Shown piece after piece: positions 1 to 9,489 of a stretch of 64,000 nt of DNA. Origin of the DNA: an uncultured Eubacteriales bacterium. Its GTDB lineage: Bacteria; Bacillota; Clostridia; Lachnospirales; Lachnospiraceae. The first letter of the stretch is position 1. Each line of letters begins with the position of its first letter. A program made the translations under genes and the position numbers. The stretch is from positions 21,875-85,874 of the forward strand of contig CASFBR010000132.1 in NCBI GenBank assembly GCA_949292795.1, in the 5' to 3' direction. Under the pieces are notes generated by a model. It was not told where the DNA came from, did no database searches, and was given only the letters and a program-made list of their open reading frames with translations.

Positions 1-9
1 TGGCTGCCA

Positions 10-306
10 TCAGGGAAGGATGATTTTCTTTTTGTTATCCTTTCCTTCTCTGTAAAGAACGATCTTTTTGCCGATGACCTGCACAACCTCTGAATGGGTT
101 CGCTCGGCCAGATAGGCGGCAATTTCACGGGGATCGTCGGTACAGTTTTGAAGGACAGATATTTTAATCAGCTCGCGCGCGCAAAGCGCTTCCTCAACAG
201 CTTTTGTAAGCTCCGGGGTCAAAGACGCTTTTCCGACCTGAAAAATAGGGTCGATTTTCATTGCGAGACTTTTTAAATAAGCGCGCTGCTTTGATGTTTT
301 TATCAT
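10..306 (-). CDS. yhbY: Ribosome assembly RNA-binding protein YhbY (CRM domain)
   Basis: 98 aa with QRAYLKSLA, IFQVGK and ELIKISVLQN motifs; directly downstream of obgE. Confidence 0.92.
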   Translation of the reverse strand: MIKTSKQRAYLKSLAMKIDPIFQVGKASLTPELTKAVEEALCARELIKISVLQNCTDDPREIAAYLAERTHSEVVQVIGKKIVLYREGKDNKKKIILP

Positions 307-333
307 TTTGCGACTCTCCTTTTATTCTGCCGG

Positions 334-1617
334 TTATTTATAATAATCAAACTGCAGGTTGTACATGCGTACGGTATCGCCCTCCTGAATACCGAGGGCT
401 TCCAGCTCATCTAAAATGCCGTTTTCTTTAAGGAATTTCTGGAAGAAATCAAACCCTTTTTCCGATTCAAGATTTGTGTAGCCAAGCATCCGGTCAATAC
501 GCGGGCCTTCTACAACAAAAACGCCGTCCTCATCCTTTTCTACCGTATAAGGCTCCTCAAAGCGGACATTTTCCGGGAAAAATTCTCTCTCAAAAACGGT
601 CGGTTCTTCGTTGATCTCATCAAGCAGTCCGCGCACATGATACAAAAGAGGCTTTAGTCCCTGACCGCTGACGGCAGAGATCGGGAATACTTTAATGCCC
701 TGAGGTTCAAACTCCTCCTTAAGCAGCGTGATGGCATCATCATGCTCACCGTCATAAAGTGCATCGATCTTGTTGGCCGCAATGACCTGCGGACGTGATA
801 AAAGCTGCGCGTTATAGGCTTTCAGCTCATTATTGATCGCATAAATATCCGCGATGGGATCACGCCCCTCCACGCCGGCGGCATCGACAATATGAATGAT
901 TACCTTTGTCCGTTCGATATGGCGCAAAAAATCATGGCCAAGGCCGACACCTTCGGAAGCGCCTTCGATGATTCCGGGAATATCCGCAATGACAAACCCC
1001 TTTCCGCCGTCAAGGTCTACAACGCCGAGATTGGGATTTAAGGTTGTGAAATGATAATTGGCAATTTTAGGCCGGGCATTGGTTACCCGGGATAAAAATG
1101 TGGATTTTCCCACATTCGGGAACCCAACAAGGCCGACATCGGCGATCACTTTTAATTCCAGCGTTACATTCAGCTCAAGCGATTTTTGTCCGGGCTGAGC
1201 GTATTTTGGAGCCTGCATGGTCGCTGTGGCGTAGTTCATATTGCCTTTGCCGCCGCGGCCGCCTTTTAAGATCACCTCGCGCTGATGCTCACCGGACATA
1301 TCGGCAATGACAAGACCGCTGTCAGCATCGCGGATGACAGTGCCCTCCGGGACTTTGATAATAAGGTCTGCGCCGTCTTTGCCATGGCAGCGGCGCTTTC
1401 CGCCGGGCTCGCCGTCACCGGCGCAGAATTTGCGGGTGTGGCGGAAATCCATGAGTGTATTCAGGCCGCGGTCAACTTCAAAAATTACATCGCCGCCCTT
1501 GCCGCCGTCACCGCCGTCCGGACCGCCGGCAGGCACATATAATTCTCTCCGGAAGCTGACATGACCGTCGCCGCCCTTGCCGGAACGTATATAAATTGTC
1601 GCTTTATCAACAAACAT
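334..1617 (-). CDS. obgE: GTPase ObgE/CgtA
   Basis: Gly-rich Obg fold, GFPNVGKST P-loop, NYHFTT, DIPG, NKID, C-terminal OCT domain. Confidence 0.98.
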   Translation of the reverse strand: MFVDKATIYIRSGKGGDGHVSFRRELYVPAGGPDGGDGGKGGDVIFEVDRGLNTLMDFRHTRKFCAGDGEPGGKRRCHGKDGADLIIKVPEGTVIRDADSGLVIADMSGEHQREVILKGGRGGKGNMNYATATMQAPKYAQPGQKSLELNVTLELKVIADVGLVGFPNVGKSTFLSRVTNARPKIANYHFTTLNPNLGVVDLDGGKGFVIADIPGIIEGASEGVGLGHDFLRHIERTKVIIHIVDAAGVEGRDPIADIYAINNELKAYNAQLLSRPQVIAANKIDALYDGEHDDAITLLKEEFEPQGIKVFPISAVSGQGLKPLLYHVRGLLDEINEEPTVFEREFFPENVRFEEPYTVEKDEDGVFVVEGPRIDRMLGYTNLESEKGFDFFQKFLKENGILDELEALGIQEGDTVRMYNLQFDYYK

Positions 1618-1647
1618 ATATTCACCTCCTGTATTTAAAATTATTTA

Positions 1648-1791
1648 GCTTCACTTCGTTTGCGCTCGCTAAGGCTCTTGCGGGAAAACATCGCTATGCT
1701 AAATTCAGCCGTCGCTGCCGCTTGGCTTCATTAAGCGCCGCGATGTGCGTTCGCACTAAACTCGCGCTTCACTTCGTTCGCGCTCGCTAAG
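1648..1791. repeat. GC-rich intergenic element bounded by a 26-bp direct repeat (REP-like)
   Basis: GCTTCACTTCGTT(T/C)GCGCTCGCTAAG at 1648-1673 and 1766-1791, one mismatch; small internal hairpins. Confidence 0.8.
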
Positions 1792-1800
1792 TGCTCACAG

Positions 1801-1840
1801 CAAAAACGACTTCAAATTTCCGAGAAAATCTGAAGCCGTT
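1801..1840 (-). terminator. Rho-independent terminator after rpmA
   Basis: Inverted repeat AACGACTTCA...TGAAGCCGTT (G-U pair on minus strand) followed by a T-run on minus. Confidence 0.7.
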
Positions 1841-1849
1841 TGGGTATTA

Positions 1850-2140
1850 TTATTCGTTCATAGCTACTGGATAGACAGAAGCCTGTTTTTTGTCTCTGCC
1901 TTTTCTTTCAAATCTTACAACGCCATCCACCAGTGCAAATAATGTATCGTCGCCGCCGCGTCCAACATTGTTACCTGGATGAATCTTAGTACCACGCTGT
2001 CTGTAAAGAATATTACCAGCTTTTACAAACTGTCCGTCCGCTCTCTTAGCTCCAAGTCTTTTAGATTCAGAGTCTCTGCCGTTCTTTGTGGAACCAACAC
2101 CTTTTTTATGAGCGAAAACCTGAAGGTTCATTTTTAACAT
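1850..2140 (-). CDS. rpmA: 50S ribosomal protein L27 with Prp-cleaved N-terminal extension
   Basis: [34 protein letters not shown]. Confidence 0.98.
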   Translation of the reverse strand: MLKMNLQVFAHKKGVGSTKNGRDSESKRLGAKRADGQFVKAGNILYRQRGTKIHPGNNVGRGGDDTLFALVDGVVRFERKGRDKKQASVYPVAMNE

Positions 2141-2143
2141 CGT

Positions 2144-2464
2144 CTACACCTCCTTGAATATAAGTCGAATATATTCATTTCCGTAATCTTTTTCGATTCC
2201 CTGTAAACCAAGAATCATGGATTTCATCAGCAATACAGAGCTGTCGGAAAGCGTATGATCAAAACGGCACTGGATGTATCCGTCTTTTTGTTTCACATGA
2301 AACGTGTCGGATGTGAACGATTCGATGGCATTGATCGTCGTGATTGTCAGCGCGGAAACGGCTGCACAGATTATATCAAAACCTTCGTCGGCATATCCGG
2401 CATGTCCCTTCGTCGTAAAGCCTGTAAAGCCTTTGTCATCCTTAAAAACTGTGACTGTTATCAT
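2144..2464 (-). CDS. prp: Ribosomal-processing cysteine protease Prp
   Basis: GHAGY (His) and DIICAAVS (Cys) catalytic motifs; between rplU and rpmA. Confidence 0.93.
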   Translation of the reverse strand: MITVTVFKDDKGFTGFTTKGHAGYADEGFDIICAAVSALTITTINAIESFTSDTFHVKQKDGYIQCRFDHTLSDSSVLLMKSMILGLQGIEKDYGNEYIRLIFKEV

Positions 2465-2484
2465 CTCCGTCTCAGACAGCCGGA

Positions 2485-2793
2485 TTAAGCGTTGATCTTA
2501 TCGATCTTAACTTCAGTATAAGCCTGTCTGTGACCGTTTTTCTTGTGATAACCAGTTTTTCTCTTGTACTTGTAAACAATGACTTTTTTGCCTTTAATAT
2601 CGCCGACAACAGTTGCAGCGACACTGGCACCTTCGACAGTTGGGTTGCCAACCTTGACATCGTCACCACTGACAACAAGAACCTGATCAAATACAACGGA
2701 TTCTCCGGCTGCTGCGCCGAGCTTTTCAACACGGATCACATCGCCTTCTGCTACTTTGTACTGTTTACCACCTGTTGCAATAATTGCGTACAT
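2485..2793 (-). CDS. rplU: 50S ribosomal protein L21
   Basis: [14 protein letters not shown]...KNGHRQAYT. Confidence 0.98.
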   Translation of the reverse strand: MYAIIATGGKQYKVAEGDVIRVEKLGAAAGESVVFDQVLVVSGDDVKVGNPTVEGASVAATVVGDIKGKKVIVYKYKRKTGYHKKNGHRQAYTEVKIDKINA

Positions 2794-2811
2794 ATGGCAC
2801 CTCCTATGATC

Positions 2812-2878
2812 ATTACTCGCTAGTTACGGCGGCTGTCCGCAGACAGCACTTGAAAACCTCACTATGCGGCACACTCTT
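2812..2878 (-). ncRNA. Probable L21 leader (ribosomal protein autoregulatory leader)
   Basis: Structured 5' UTR between promoter and rplU RBS containing CCGCA, a hairpin CTGTC-TGCG-GACAG and GCGAGT; boundaries approximate. Confidence 0.55.
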
Positions 2879-2880
2879 GC

Positions 2881-2909
2881 ATGATACCATCAAAAGCTTC
2901 AAATGTCAA
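2881..2909 (-). promoter_or_regulatory. Sigma70-type promoter of the rplU operon
   Basis: TTGACA (2904-2909), 17 bp spacer, TG-n-TATCAT (2881-2886) on minus strand. Confidence 0.8.
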
Positions 2910-2962
2910 TAGCTGCGGCATAAATAATTTTGTAATTCTCCTGCTGCACCTCCATATCTGCT

Positions 2963-4582
2963 TTACTTGTCCGCAGCAGCCTCAAGAACCATCAGCCGGT
3001 CTTTTCTCTTGCCAAAATGTGAAACCGGCGTACAATCAATGACACCATTCTGAGGATATAGAAGCTTTGGTTCGCTGATCCTCTTTCCGTTTTCCGGGTC
3101 CATCCACCACATTTTATAGGCTGTGGCTGTCAGCCCACGGACATAAAACCCTGGAAATGATGTTTCGGAAAAATATCCCACGATTGTCGTCATCTGTGCA
3201 TCTGCGGTAAAGAAAATTTGTGTCCGGTTTGTTGCTTCCATAAACAGCGGTTTGGCGCCGGCCTGTTCAAAAGACAATGGTTTTAAACGATGCCATCCGA
3301 CAGACTCATAAAAATCTCTGAAAATCGTCAGCTGATTGGCCCCTGGTAGTTTAAGACCGTCCCACCAGGCCATGTCTCCCCATCCGATGCCTCCGACGCC
3401 GGCTTCCCACTGAAGCTCCCATACGCCGTTGCAGCCGTAAGTATAACCGCAGCCGCCGCTTTGCATGATAAGATAGGCTAACCGCCGCATCATTGCCGCC
3501 GGAATGATTCTGGAAGTATATTCGCCGGATGTGGCGCCTTCATAAGCGCCCTCACTTTCCAGGATTGGATAGCCCCTGTAAGTGTCCCGAAACCGGGCAT
3601 ACATGGACTGCCCCATGTCATAATCCCCATGTCCGGCCTGGCTCATGGCAAAGTCAAACCAGGATTCATTTCGGTAAATATCCGGGAAAGGACGGTCACA
3701 TGCCAGATGGACGGATTGAAGATTATTATAAGCATTCCACTTTTCACACTCTCTGGCTACAATCCCCCAGTCCCTTACATTCTCTTCTTTGCCGTCCCCA
3801 TATCCAGGAAGTTCTCCGGCCAGTGTCCAGGCAACCGGATAAGCGCCGTAACGCGCCGCAGTATATTTGGCCAGGCTTTTATAACGCCGGACACTGTTTT
3901 TGGCCATATCATAGCCCCAGGCATAGCCTACGGCAATTAAAAGCCCGCAATCAGCCAGATATTTCATTTTGGGGTCCACATTATTTTTAAATTCTTCAAG
4001 ATTGGGAACAAAGCCCTCCGGTGTGTCCTGCATCAGATCGATGCTCCGTCCAAAGCCACCGGTGCCGATCCCATCCCGGAAATTGCACTGATATACTGTA
4101 AACTTCTGCGCCACACGGTGGTCTACACACGCTTTAAACTGGCTTTCATATTCCGGACAGTTGGACGCATCAAATTTTTCTTCGGTTACAAACGTCCAAT
4201 GGGTATCACCAAGCCAGAAAAACGGCGTTTGATCTGCGTGTTCCAGATAATCCTTCGTATCACTGACTTTTAAAAAGCCATGTTTGTACATCGCAAGATT
4301 CCCTGAATATGGAATACATTCCACGGTGCCCTCCTGAATAAAATCCGGATTATTGTCCGTAGCTGCTGTTTTGTATTTCCATGTTCCGGTCATTGTCGGT
4401 GCAAAACGCACGACCCATGTTCCGTCGCCGTCCCAAAAGGCCAGAAGCTTTTTTTCTTGGCCGTCAGGGGCAGTAAAAAAGCCGAATACATCCACATCTT
4501 CAAATGGAGATTTGTAGTTTTTTGAGGTTTTCAGGTAAATGTCAACCGTGCGCCACTGCTCGGCTGTATATTTTGTATGCAT
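2963..4582 (-). CDS. DUF5060/DUF4038 apiosidase-like glycoside hydrolase (GH140-like), no signal peptide
   Basis: N-terminal FWDGDGTWVVRFAPT..GTWKY (DUF5060-like), PFFWLGDTHW, VAWTLAGE and ESEGAYEG motifs, C-terminal WWMDPENG beta domain. Confidence 0.75.
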   Translation of the reverse strand: MHTKYTAEQWRTVDIYLKTSKNYKSPFEDVDVFGFFTAPDGQEKKLLAFWDGDGTWVVRFAPTMTGTWKYKTAATDNNPDFIQEGTVECIPYSGNLAMYKHGFLKVSDTKDYLEHADQTPFFWLGDTHWTFVTEEKFDASNCPEYESQFKACVDHRVAQKFTVYQCNFRDGIGTGGFGRSIDLMQDTPEGFVPNLEEFKNNVDPKMKYLADCGLLIAVGYAWGYDMAKNSVRRYKSLAKYTAARYGAYPVAWTLAGELPGYGDGKEENVRDWGIVARECEKWNAYNNLQSVHLACDRPFPDIYRNESWFDFAMSQAGHGDYDMGQSMYARFRDTYRGYPILESEGAYEGATSGEYTSRIIPAAMMRRLAYLIMQSGGCGYTYGCNGVWELQWEAGVGGIGWGDMAWWDGLKLPGANQLTIFRDFYESVGWHRLKPLSFEQAGAKPLFMEATNRTQIFFTADAQMTTIVGYFSETSFPGFYVRGLTATAYKMWWMDPENGKRISEPKLLYPQNGVIDCTPVSHFGKRKDRLMVLEAAADK

Positions 4583-4634
4583 AAATTTATCCTTTTCCTT
4601 TCATTAATTTCGGATGGGCTTTTTATTTGTTTCT

Positions 4635-6113
4635 TTATGTCAGGATTCTTTCGACTGCCGCTTTCCACCCGCGGTATTTTTTCTCCCGCACAGCCTGTGC
4701 CATTACCGGCCGGTATGTTTTTTTCTCAAGCGTTTCAAATATTTGTTCATCATAAAGCCCAAGCCCGAGCCCTGCGGCATAAGCCGCACCGGTTCCCGAA
4801 AGCGTCTCACATTCCGGAACGAGGACATTTCCTCCTAAAAGATCGCTCTGAAACTGCATTAAATAACTGTTTTTTGTGGGGCCGCCGTCGGCCCGCAGCT
4901 CCTTTACTTCAATTTTGCAATCCTGGCTCATTGCACGGATGACATCGGTAATCTGATAGGCAATGCACTCAATACACGCCCGTATAATCTCCCCTTTGCC
5001 GGTAGTCCGTGTAATTCCAAGAAGAGCCCCTGTGGCCGCAGTGTCCCAGTAGGGCGCTCCAAGCCCGGTAAAGGAGGGAATAAAGTAAAGCGCATCGTCC
5101 TTTAAAGCGTCATGGCACCACCGGTTTGTTTCATCCGGGCTGTTAATAAGCCCCACTTCATCTTTAAGCCATGAAATCACCGCTCCTGTGTAATTAATAT
5201 TTCCTTCCAGAACATAATCAATTTTTCCGTGAAGCCCCCATGCCAGGGATGTGACAACACCGTGAGAAGACAGCATCGGCTTTTCCCCGATATTCATCAT
5301 AATGGATGAGCCTGTGCCATAGGTTGTCTTGATCATCCCCGGCTTTTGGCAGCCCTGCCCTAAAAGAGCGCCGTGGGAATCCCCCAAAACGCCGTGGATG
5401 GGAATGGGATGGTCAAGAAAGCCCTGAAAATCTGTGTTTCCAAAAGAGCTGTCCGAATCACAGACCTGGGGGAGATCCCCGGCGTCTATGCCAAAAGCCC
5501 GGCAGATTTCATCGTCCCAGCAAAGCTTAAAAATATTAAAAAGCTGCGTCCGGGAAGCGTTGGAATAGTCGGTCTTATATACCGCTCCACCAGTGAGCTG
5601 CCAGATCAGCCATGTGTCCACCGTTCCATAGCAAAGTCCATGGACCTTGGACAGCGCCTTCGCCCCGGGGATGTTCTCCAGAAGCCACGCCCATTTTGCC
5701 GCCGGAAAATAAGGTGATAATTTTAATCCCGTTTTCTCATAAATCTGGCCGGACATACCCTCTTTTTCCACACGGCGGCAGATCGTCTCCCCTCTTGAGC
5801 ACTGCCATACGACAGCCAGTCCCAGCGGCTTTCCGGTGGATTTTTCCCAGATCATCGACGTTTCCCGCTGATTACTGATCCCCGCTCCTGCAATATCGGC
5901 CATACGGATGCCGGACGCTTTGACAGCCATGCGGACAGCCTTAACTGTATTTTCACAGATTTCAGACGGGTCGTGGGAGACCCAGCCTTTTTCGTTAATG
6001 ATCTGGCGGTGAGAAATATCCCGGCGGCAGATCATCTTCCCCTTTCGGTCAAAGATCATCGCCTTTGTCCCCTGGGTACTCTGGTCAATAGAAATGATAT
6101 ATTTTTCACTCAT
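4635..6113 (-). CDS. FGGY-family carbohydrate kinase (GlpK-like; candidate apulose kinase)
   Basis: SIDQSTQGT, ISNQRETS, TDYSNASRT, GDSH, TYGTG, DGG motifs; start at 6113 overlaps upstream stop (ATGA). Confidence 0.88.
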   Translation of the reverse strand: MSEKYIISIDQSTQGTKAMIFDRKGKMICRRDISHRQIINEKGWVSHDPSEICENTVKAVRMAVKASGIRMADIAGAGISNQRETSMIWEKSTGKPLGLAVVWQCSRGETICRRVEKEGMSGQIYEKTGLKLSPYFPAAKWAWLLENIPGAKALSKVHGLCYGTVDTWLIWQLTGGAVYKTDYSNASRTQLFNIFKLCWDDEICRAFGIDAGDLPQVCDSDSSFGNTDFQGFLDHPIPIHGVLGDSHGALLGQGCQKPGMIKTTYGTGSSIMMNIGEKPMLSSHGVVTSLAWGLHGKIDYVLEGNINYTGAVISWLKDEVGLINSPDETNRWCHDALKDDALYFIPSFTGLGAPYWDTAATGALLGITRTTGKGEIIRACIECIAYQITDVIRAMSQDCKIEVKELRADGGPTKNSYLMQFQSDLLGGNVLVPECETLSGTGAAYAAGLGLGLYDEQIFETLEKKTYRPVMAQAVREKKYRGWKAAVERILT

Positions 6114-7066
6114 AGGTTCTCTCCAAAGCCGCATGTCTTTAGCAGTTCTTTTGCCTTTTTTGCAATCCCTGCGGCATTAAGCCCGTAATAATCAAAAACC
6201 TCCCGGGAAGTTCCCGTGATGACCGGCGCGTCAGGCAGTGCCATGTTCCAGACCATTTTCGGACATTTTGATCCGACCGCCTGAGCAACCATGGAACCGA
6301 GGCCGCCATAAGGGGAATGTTCCTCAACGGTCAGAATTGCCCGGACATTTTTTGCGGCTTTCAGGAGTGTTTCCTCATCCAGAGGCTTGATACAATACAT
6401 ATCGATCACAGTGGCTTCTATGCCATCCGCCTTGAGAATACCGGCCGCATCCATGGCCGGCCGCACCATCTCTCCGCAGGCGATAATAGCGACATCCTTT
6501 CCTTCACACAAAATGTTGGCCTTATCCATCTCAAAGGGCACATTGTCCGCAGCATAGACCGGCTCAACGGCATTGCGGCCCACACGGATATATGCCGGCT
6601 TATCGTCCTTTAAAAGTGCCTTTGTAAGTTTCTCTGTCTGGTAATGGTCACTGGGAATATACACCCGTATATTTGGGATTGCGCTCATGGCAGCAATATC
6701 CTGGGCGCTGTGATGGCTCATGCCAAGGGCACCGTAGCTGATACCCCCGCTGATACCAATAAGCTTGACATTCGTATCCGAATATGCCACATCGATTTTG
6801 CATTGTTCATAGCTGCGTGTGGATAAAAAGCACGCCGGTGATAGGGCATAGGCTTTTTTTCCACATTTGGCAAGTCCGGCGGCGATACTTACAAGATTTT
6901 GTTCCGCAATGCCAGTCTCTACAAACTGTCCCGGAAATGCATCCGCAAATGGCGTAAAGGAAGCGCTGCCCCTGGAGTCGCTGCACAAAGCAACAATATT
7001 TTTATCGGTACCCGCCTGATCCATTAAAACCTGGCAGATTGCCTGTTTATTGGCAATATTACGCAT
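6110..7066 (-). CDS. Transketolase-like C-terminal subunit (candidate AptB)
   Basis: GIAEQN, HHSAQD, YIRVGR and EEHSPYGGLG motifs. Confidence 0.9.
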   Translation of the reverse strand: MRNIANKQAICQVLMDQAGTDKNIVALCSDSRGSASFTPFADAFPGQFVETGIAEQNLVSIAAGLAKCGKKAYALSPACFLSTRSYEQCKIDVAYSDTNVKLIGISGGISYGALGMSHHSAQDIAAMSAIPNIRVYIPSDHYQTEKLTKALLKDDKPAYIRVGRNAVEPVYAADNVPFEMDKANILCEGKDVAIIACGEMVRPAMDAAGILKADGIEATVIDMYCIKPLDEETLLKAAKNVRAILTVEEHSPYGGLGSMVAQAVGSKCPKMVWNMALPDAPVITGTSREVFDYYGLNAAGIAKKAKELLKTCGFGENL

Positions 7067-7889
7067 TTTCCAATCCCTCCTGTGCGCGTTTTAGATCGCT
7101 CATGATCTGTTCGTATTCTTCCTTTGTGGGAACCTTATGGTGCCAGGAAGCCTTATTTTCCATGACCGATGAGCCTTTTCCCTTGACCGTATTGGCAATG
7201 AGAAGGGTCGGTTGGCCTTTTACTGTTTTTGCCTCCTCAAAAGCGCTGTGAAGCTGGTCGATGTCATTGCCGTCGGCCACATCGATCACATGCCAGCCAA
7301 AGCTTTTAAAGCGCTGGCAAAGATCATCCTGCCCCATAATATCTTCCGTATTTCCTGAAATCTGGAGATGGTTGCGGTCCACTACGGCACAGAGGTTATC
7401 GAGCTTATACTGGTGAGCCGCCATCGCCCCTTCCCACACAGAGCCTTCCGCCAGCTCGCCGTCACCCATGACCACATAAACTCTTCGGTCATTTTCATCC
7501 ATCTTAGAGGCCAGAGCCATTCCGACGCTCACCGGAAGTCCGTGGCCCAAAGAACCGGAGTTCATCTCGATTCCCGGGAGCTTATTATTCGGATGTCCAA
7601 TATATGGAGAGCCAAATTTGCCAAACCGTTTTAAAAGGTCCTCTTTATCCAGAAAGCCCTTTTGCGCCAGCACCGCGTAGTAGGCTTCCATGGAATGTCC
7701 CTTGCTCAGAATGAAAAGATCACGTTTTTCATCTTCCGCCATTTGGGGCGATACATTCATCTGATCAAAATACAGCTCTGTCAAAATTTCCATGACGCTC
7801 ATATCTCCGCCGATATGGCCGCCGTTTCCGGCACATATAAGCTCCACAGCGTCCTGTCTGAGCTTATAAGCCAATGCTTTTAAATTCAT
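7059..7889 (-). CDS. Transketolase-like N-terminal subunit (candidate AptA)
   Basis: GHIGG, LSKGH, GSLGHG and ThDP motif GDGELAEGSVWE...N. Confidence 0.9.
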   Translation of the reverse strand: MNLKALAYKLRQDAVELICAGNGGHIGGDMSVMEILTELYFDQMNVSPQMAEDEKRDLFILSKGHSMEAYYAVLAQKGFLDKEDLLKRFGKFGSPYIGHPNNKLPGIEMNSGSLGHGLPVSVGMALASKMDENDRRVYVVMGDGELAEGSVWEGAMAAHQYKLDNLCAVVDRNHLQISGNTEDIMGQDDLCQRFKSFGWHVIDVADGNDIDQLHSAFEEAKTVKGQPTLLIANTVKGKGSSVMENKASWHHKVPTKEEYEQIMSDLKRAQEGLENA

Positions 7890-7904
7890 TTTTCTTTGCC
7901 TCCT

Positions 7905-9305
7905 TTATTCGCCGCGAAGATAAGCCCTGACATCTTCTTCAACAGGATCATAAAAGTCCGGCTTAATTCCCATATATTTGCATGCTTCATAAAGGACGGG
8001 CACTATATCCTTATGAATACCGACGCAGTGATGGATATAAGGCCCTTCCACGATTTTTGCTTCAAGGCGCTTAATATTTTCCACCTCGACCCAAAGGTAT
8101 GTCCCCATGCCTTTAGGGCCGTCCACACCTCTGGCTTTGCCAAGAAGCAGGGAATACTGGCCGTTATCCCCGTCAAAGCGGCATAAGGTTACTTCCCCGT
8201 GTCTGGCCTCCGCGGTCAGGCTTCCCGGATGGTCAAAGGCCAGAGGGTAGGTAAGAACCGGCTTTTCCCCGGCCACAGAAGGCGGCCATGGACCGCAGTG
8301 CTGTAACAGCTCGCCGTTTTCAATATCCGGATGACGGATCGTCCAGTCTGCAAAAAAGCTCCGTTTTTCTCCCATGGCGGCAGCTTCCGCTAAAAGAGCA
8401 GTAATGGCGCCGTGGATGTCGGTCTCACAGACGACCGGGATTCCCTTTTCGTTTAATATGGCGTTGGCTGCGCAGGGCATAATGCCGATTTCTGTCTGAA
8501 GGGCATTCCAGCACTGGATTGCTGCCGCCTGACAGCCGTACTTGTGAATCAAATCTTCCATAGCCAAAGCCAGCGCCGCGACCATGCGGGTGTTTGCCTC
8601 TTTGATCTGAACGGTCATTGTTTCGCGGATGTAGGCAAGCATGTTGTTCATACGCGTTTCATCGGCCCGGGCCGACTTGATCGCCTCGGTCAGCTCTGTC
8701 ATGGGAACCGGGGATAACTGAATATTAAATTTTTCCAGCAGCTCCCCCTCGTTGCACATTGTTGACCAGAAATCAAACGGTCTCGTGGAAATCTGAAGAA
8801 TACGGATATTTTTAAAGGTTTTCACCACATTGCAAACGGCCAGAAAATCTTTCACCCCCCGTTCAAACACCGGATCATTCAGACGGCAGTTGGTCAGATA
8901 GGTAAAAGGCACCTGGAAGCGGCGCAAAACCTTTCCCGTGGCAAAAAGTCCGCACTGGGTATCCCTAAGGCGAACGCCGTTCTCATCGGGCCGCTCGTCA
9001 AGCGGCCCCCATAAAAGCACCGGAAGGCCCAGTTTTTTTGCCAGCCTGGCGCAGACATATTCTGTGCCGAAATTACAGTGGGCAAGGAGCAGCCCGTCCA
9101 CGCCCTCGCTTTGAAATTTCCGGGCAATCTTATCCACATCCCTGTCGTCGTAGAGCAGCCCCTCCTCATTAATATCTGTAATATCCGCAAAATCCACGCC
9201 AAGCTCTTCAAGGCGCCGGGCTGTCAATTTGCGAAATTTTAAGGCGTCCGGCGCGCTGAAAATACTCCGGCGTGTGGGCGCATATCCCAATTTTATTTTG
9301 TTCAT
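7905..9305 (-). CDS. L-fucose/L-arabinose isomerase-fold sugar isomerase
   Basis: CNFGTE, AIQCW, VCETDIHG and HHCVG motifs typical of FucI-like proteins. Confidence 0.82.
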   Translation of the reverse strand: MNKIKLGYAPTRRSIFSAPDALKFRKLTARRLEELGVDFADITDINEEGLLYDDRDVDKIARKFQSEGVDGLLLAHCNFGTEYVCARLAKKLGLPVLLWGPLDERPDENGVRLRDTQCGLFATGKVLRRFQVPFTYLTNCRLNDPVFERGVKDFLAVCNVVKTFKNIRILQISTRPFDFWSTMCNEGELLEKFNIQLSPVPMTELTEAIKSARADETRMNNMLAYIRETMTVQIKEANTRMVAALALAMEDLIHKYGCQAAAIQCWNALQTEIGIMPCAANAILNEKGIPVVCETDIHGAITALLAEAAAMGEKRSFFADWTIRHPDIENGELLQHCGPWPPSVAGEKPVLTYPLAFDHPGSLTAEARHGEVTLCRFDGDNGQYSLLLGKARGVDGPKGMGTYLWVEVENIKRLEAKIVEGPYIHHCVGIHKDIVPVLYEACKYMGIKPDFYDPVEEDVRAYLRGE

Positions 9306-9353
9306 AGCATCTCCTCCATTTTCGGCTTATTTTTAATGCAGCAATCGCGGAAA

Positions 9354-9408
9354 ATGTCGCTTATGCGACCCGCCGCAGCATAGAATCCTGCACAGCAGGA
9401 TTTTTTAT
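9354..9408 (-). repeat. Copy of a dispersed palindromic repeat also present near 26602-26655
   Basis: Exact 25-mer CTGCGGCGGGTCGCATAAGCGACAT (minus 9354-9378, plus 26627-26651) with similar flanks. Confidence 0.85.
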
Positions 9409-9489
9409 GTTCTGGAATCAGTATAGCCAGGCTTTAACTTAATTTCATTAATTTATTAAGGGAATTTTACTTAATTTTCAACTTAATTA

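Noticed and set aside
1648-1791. Two 26-bp direct repeats as a mini CRISPR
   Set aside because: Only two copies, a 92-bp spacer and no cas genes
2899-2955. 18-aa minus-strand ORF MEVQQENYKIIYAAAIDI
   Set aside because: Its ATG overlaps the SD-like sequence itself, it has no upstream RBS, and it runs over the rplU -35 box
4635-6113. Annotation as true glycerol kinase glpK
   Set aside because: Phosphate-1 motif is DQSTQGT rather than DQGTTSSR, no glpF/glpD is nearby, and the context is isomerase plus transketolase
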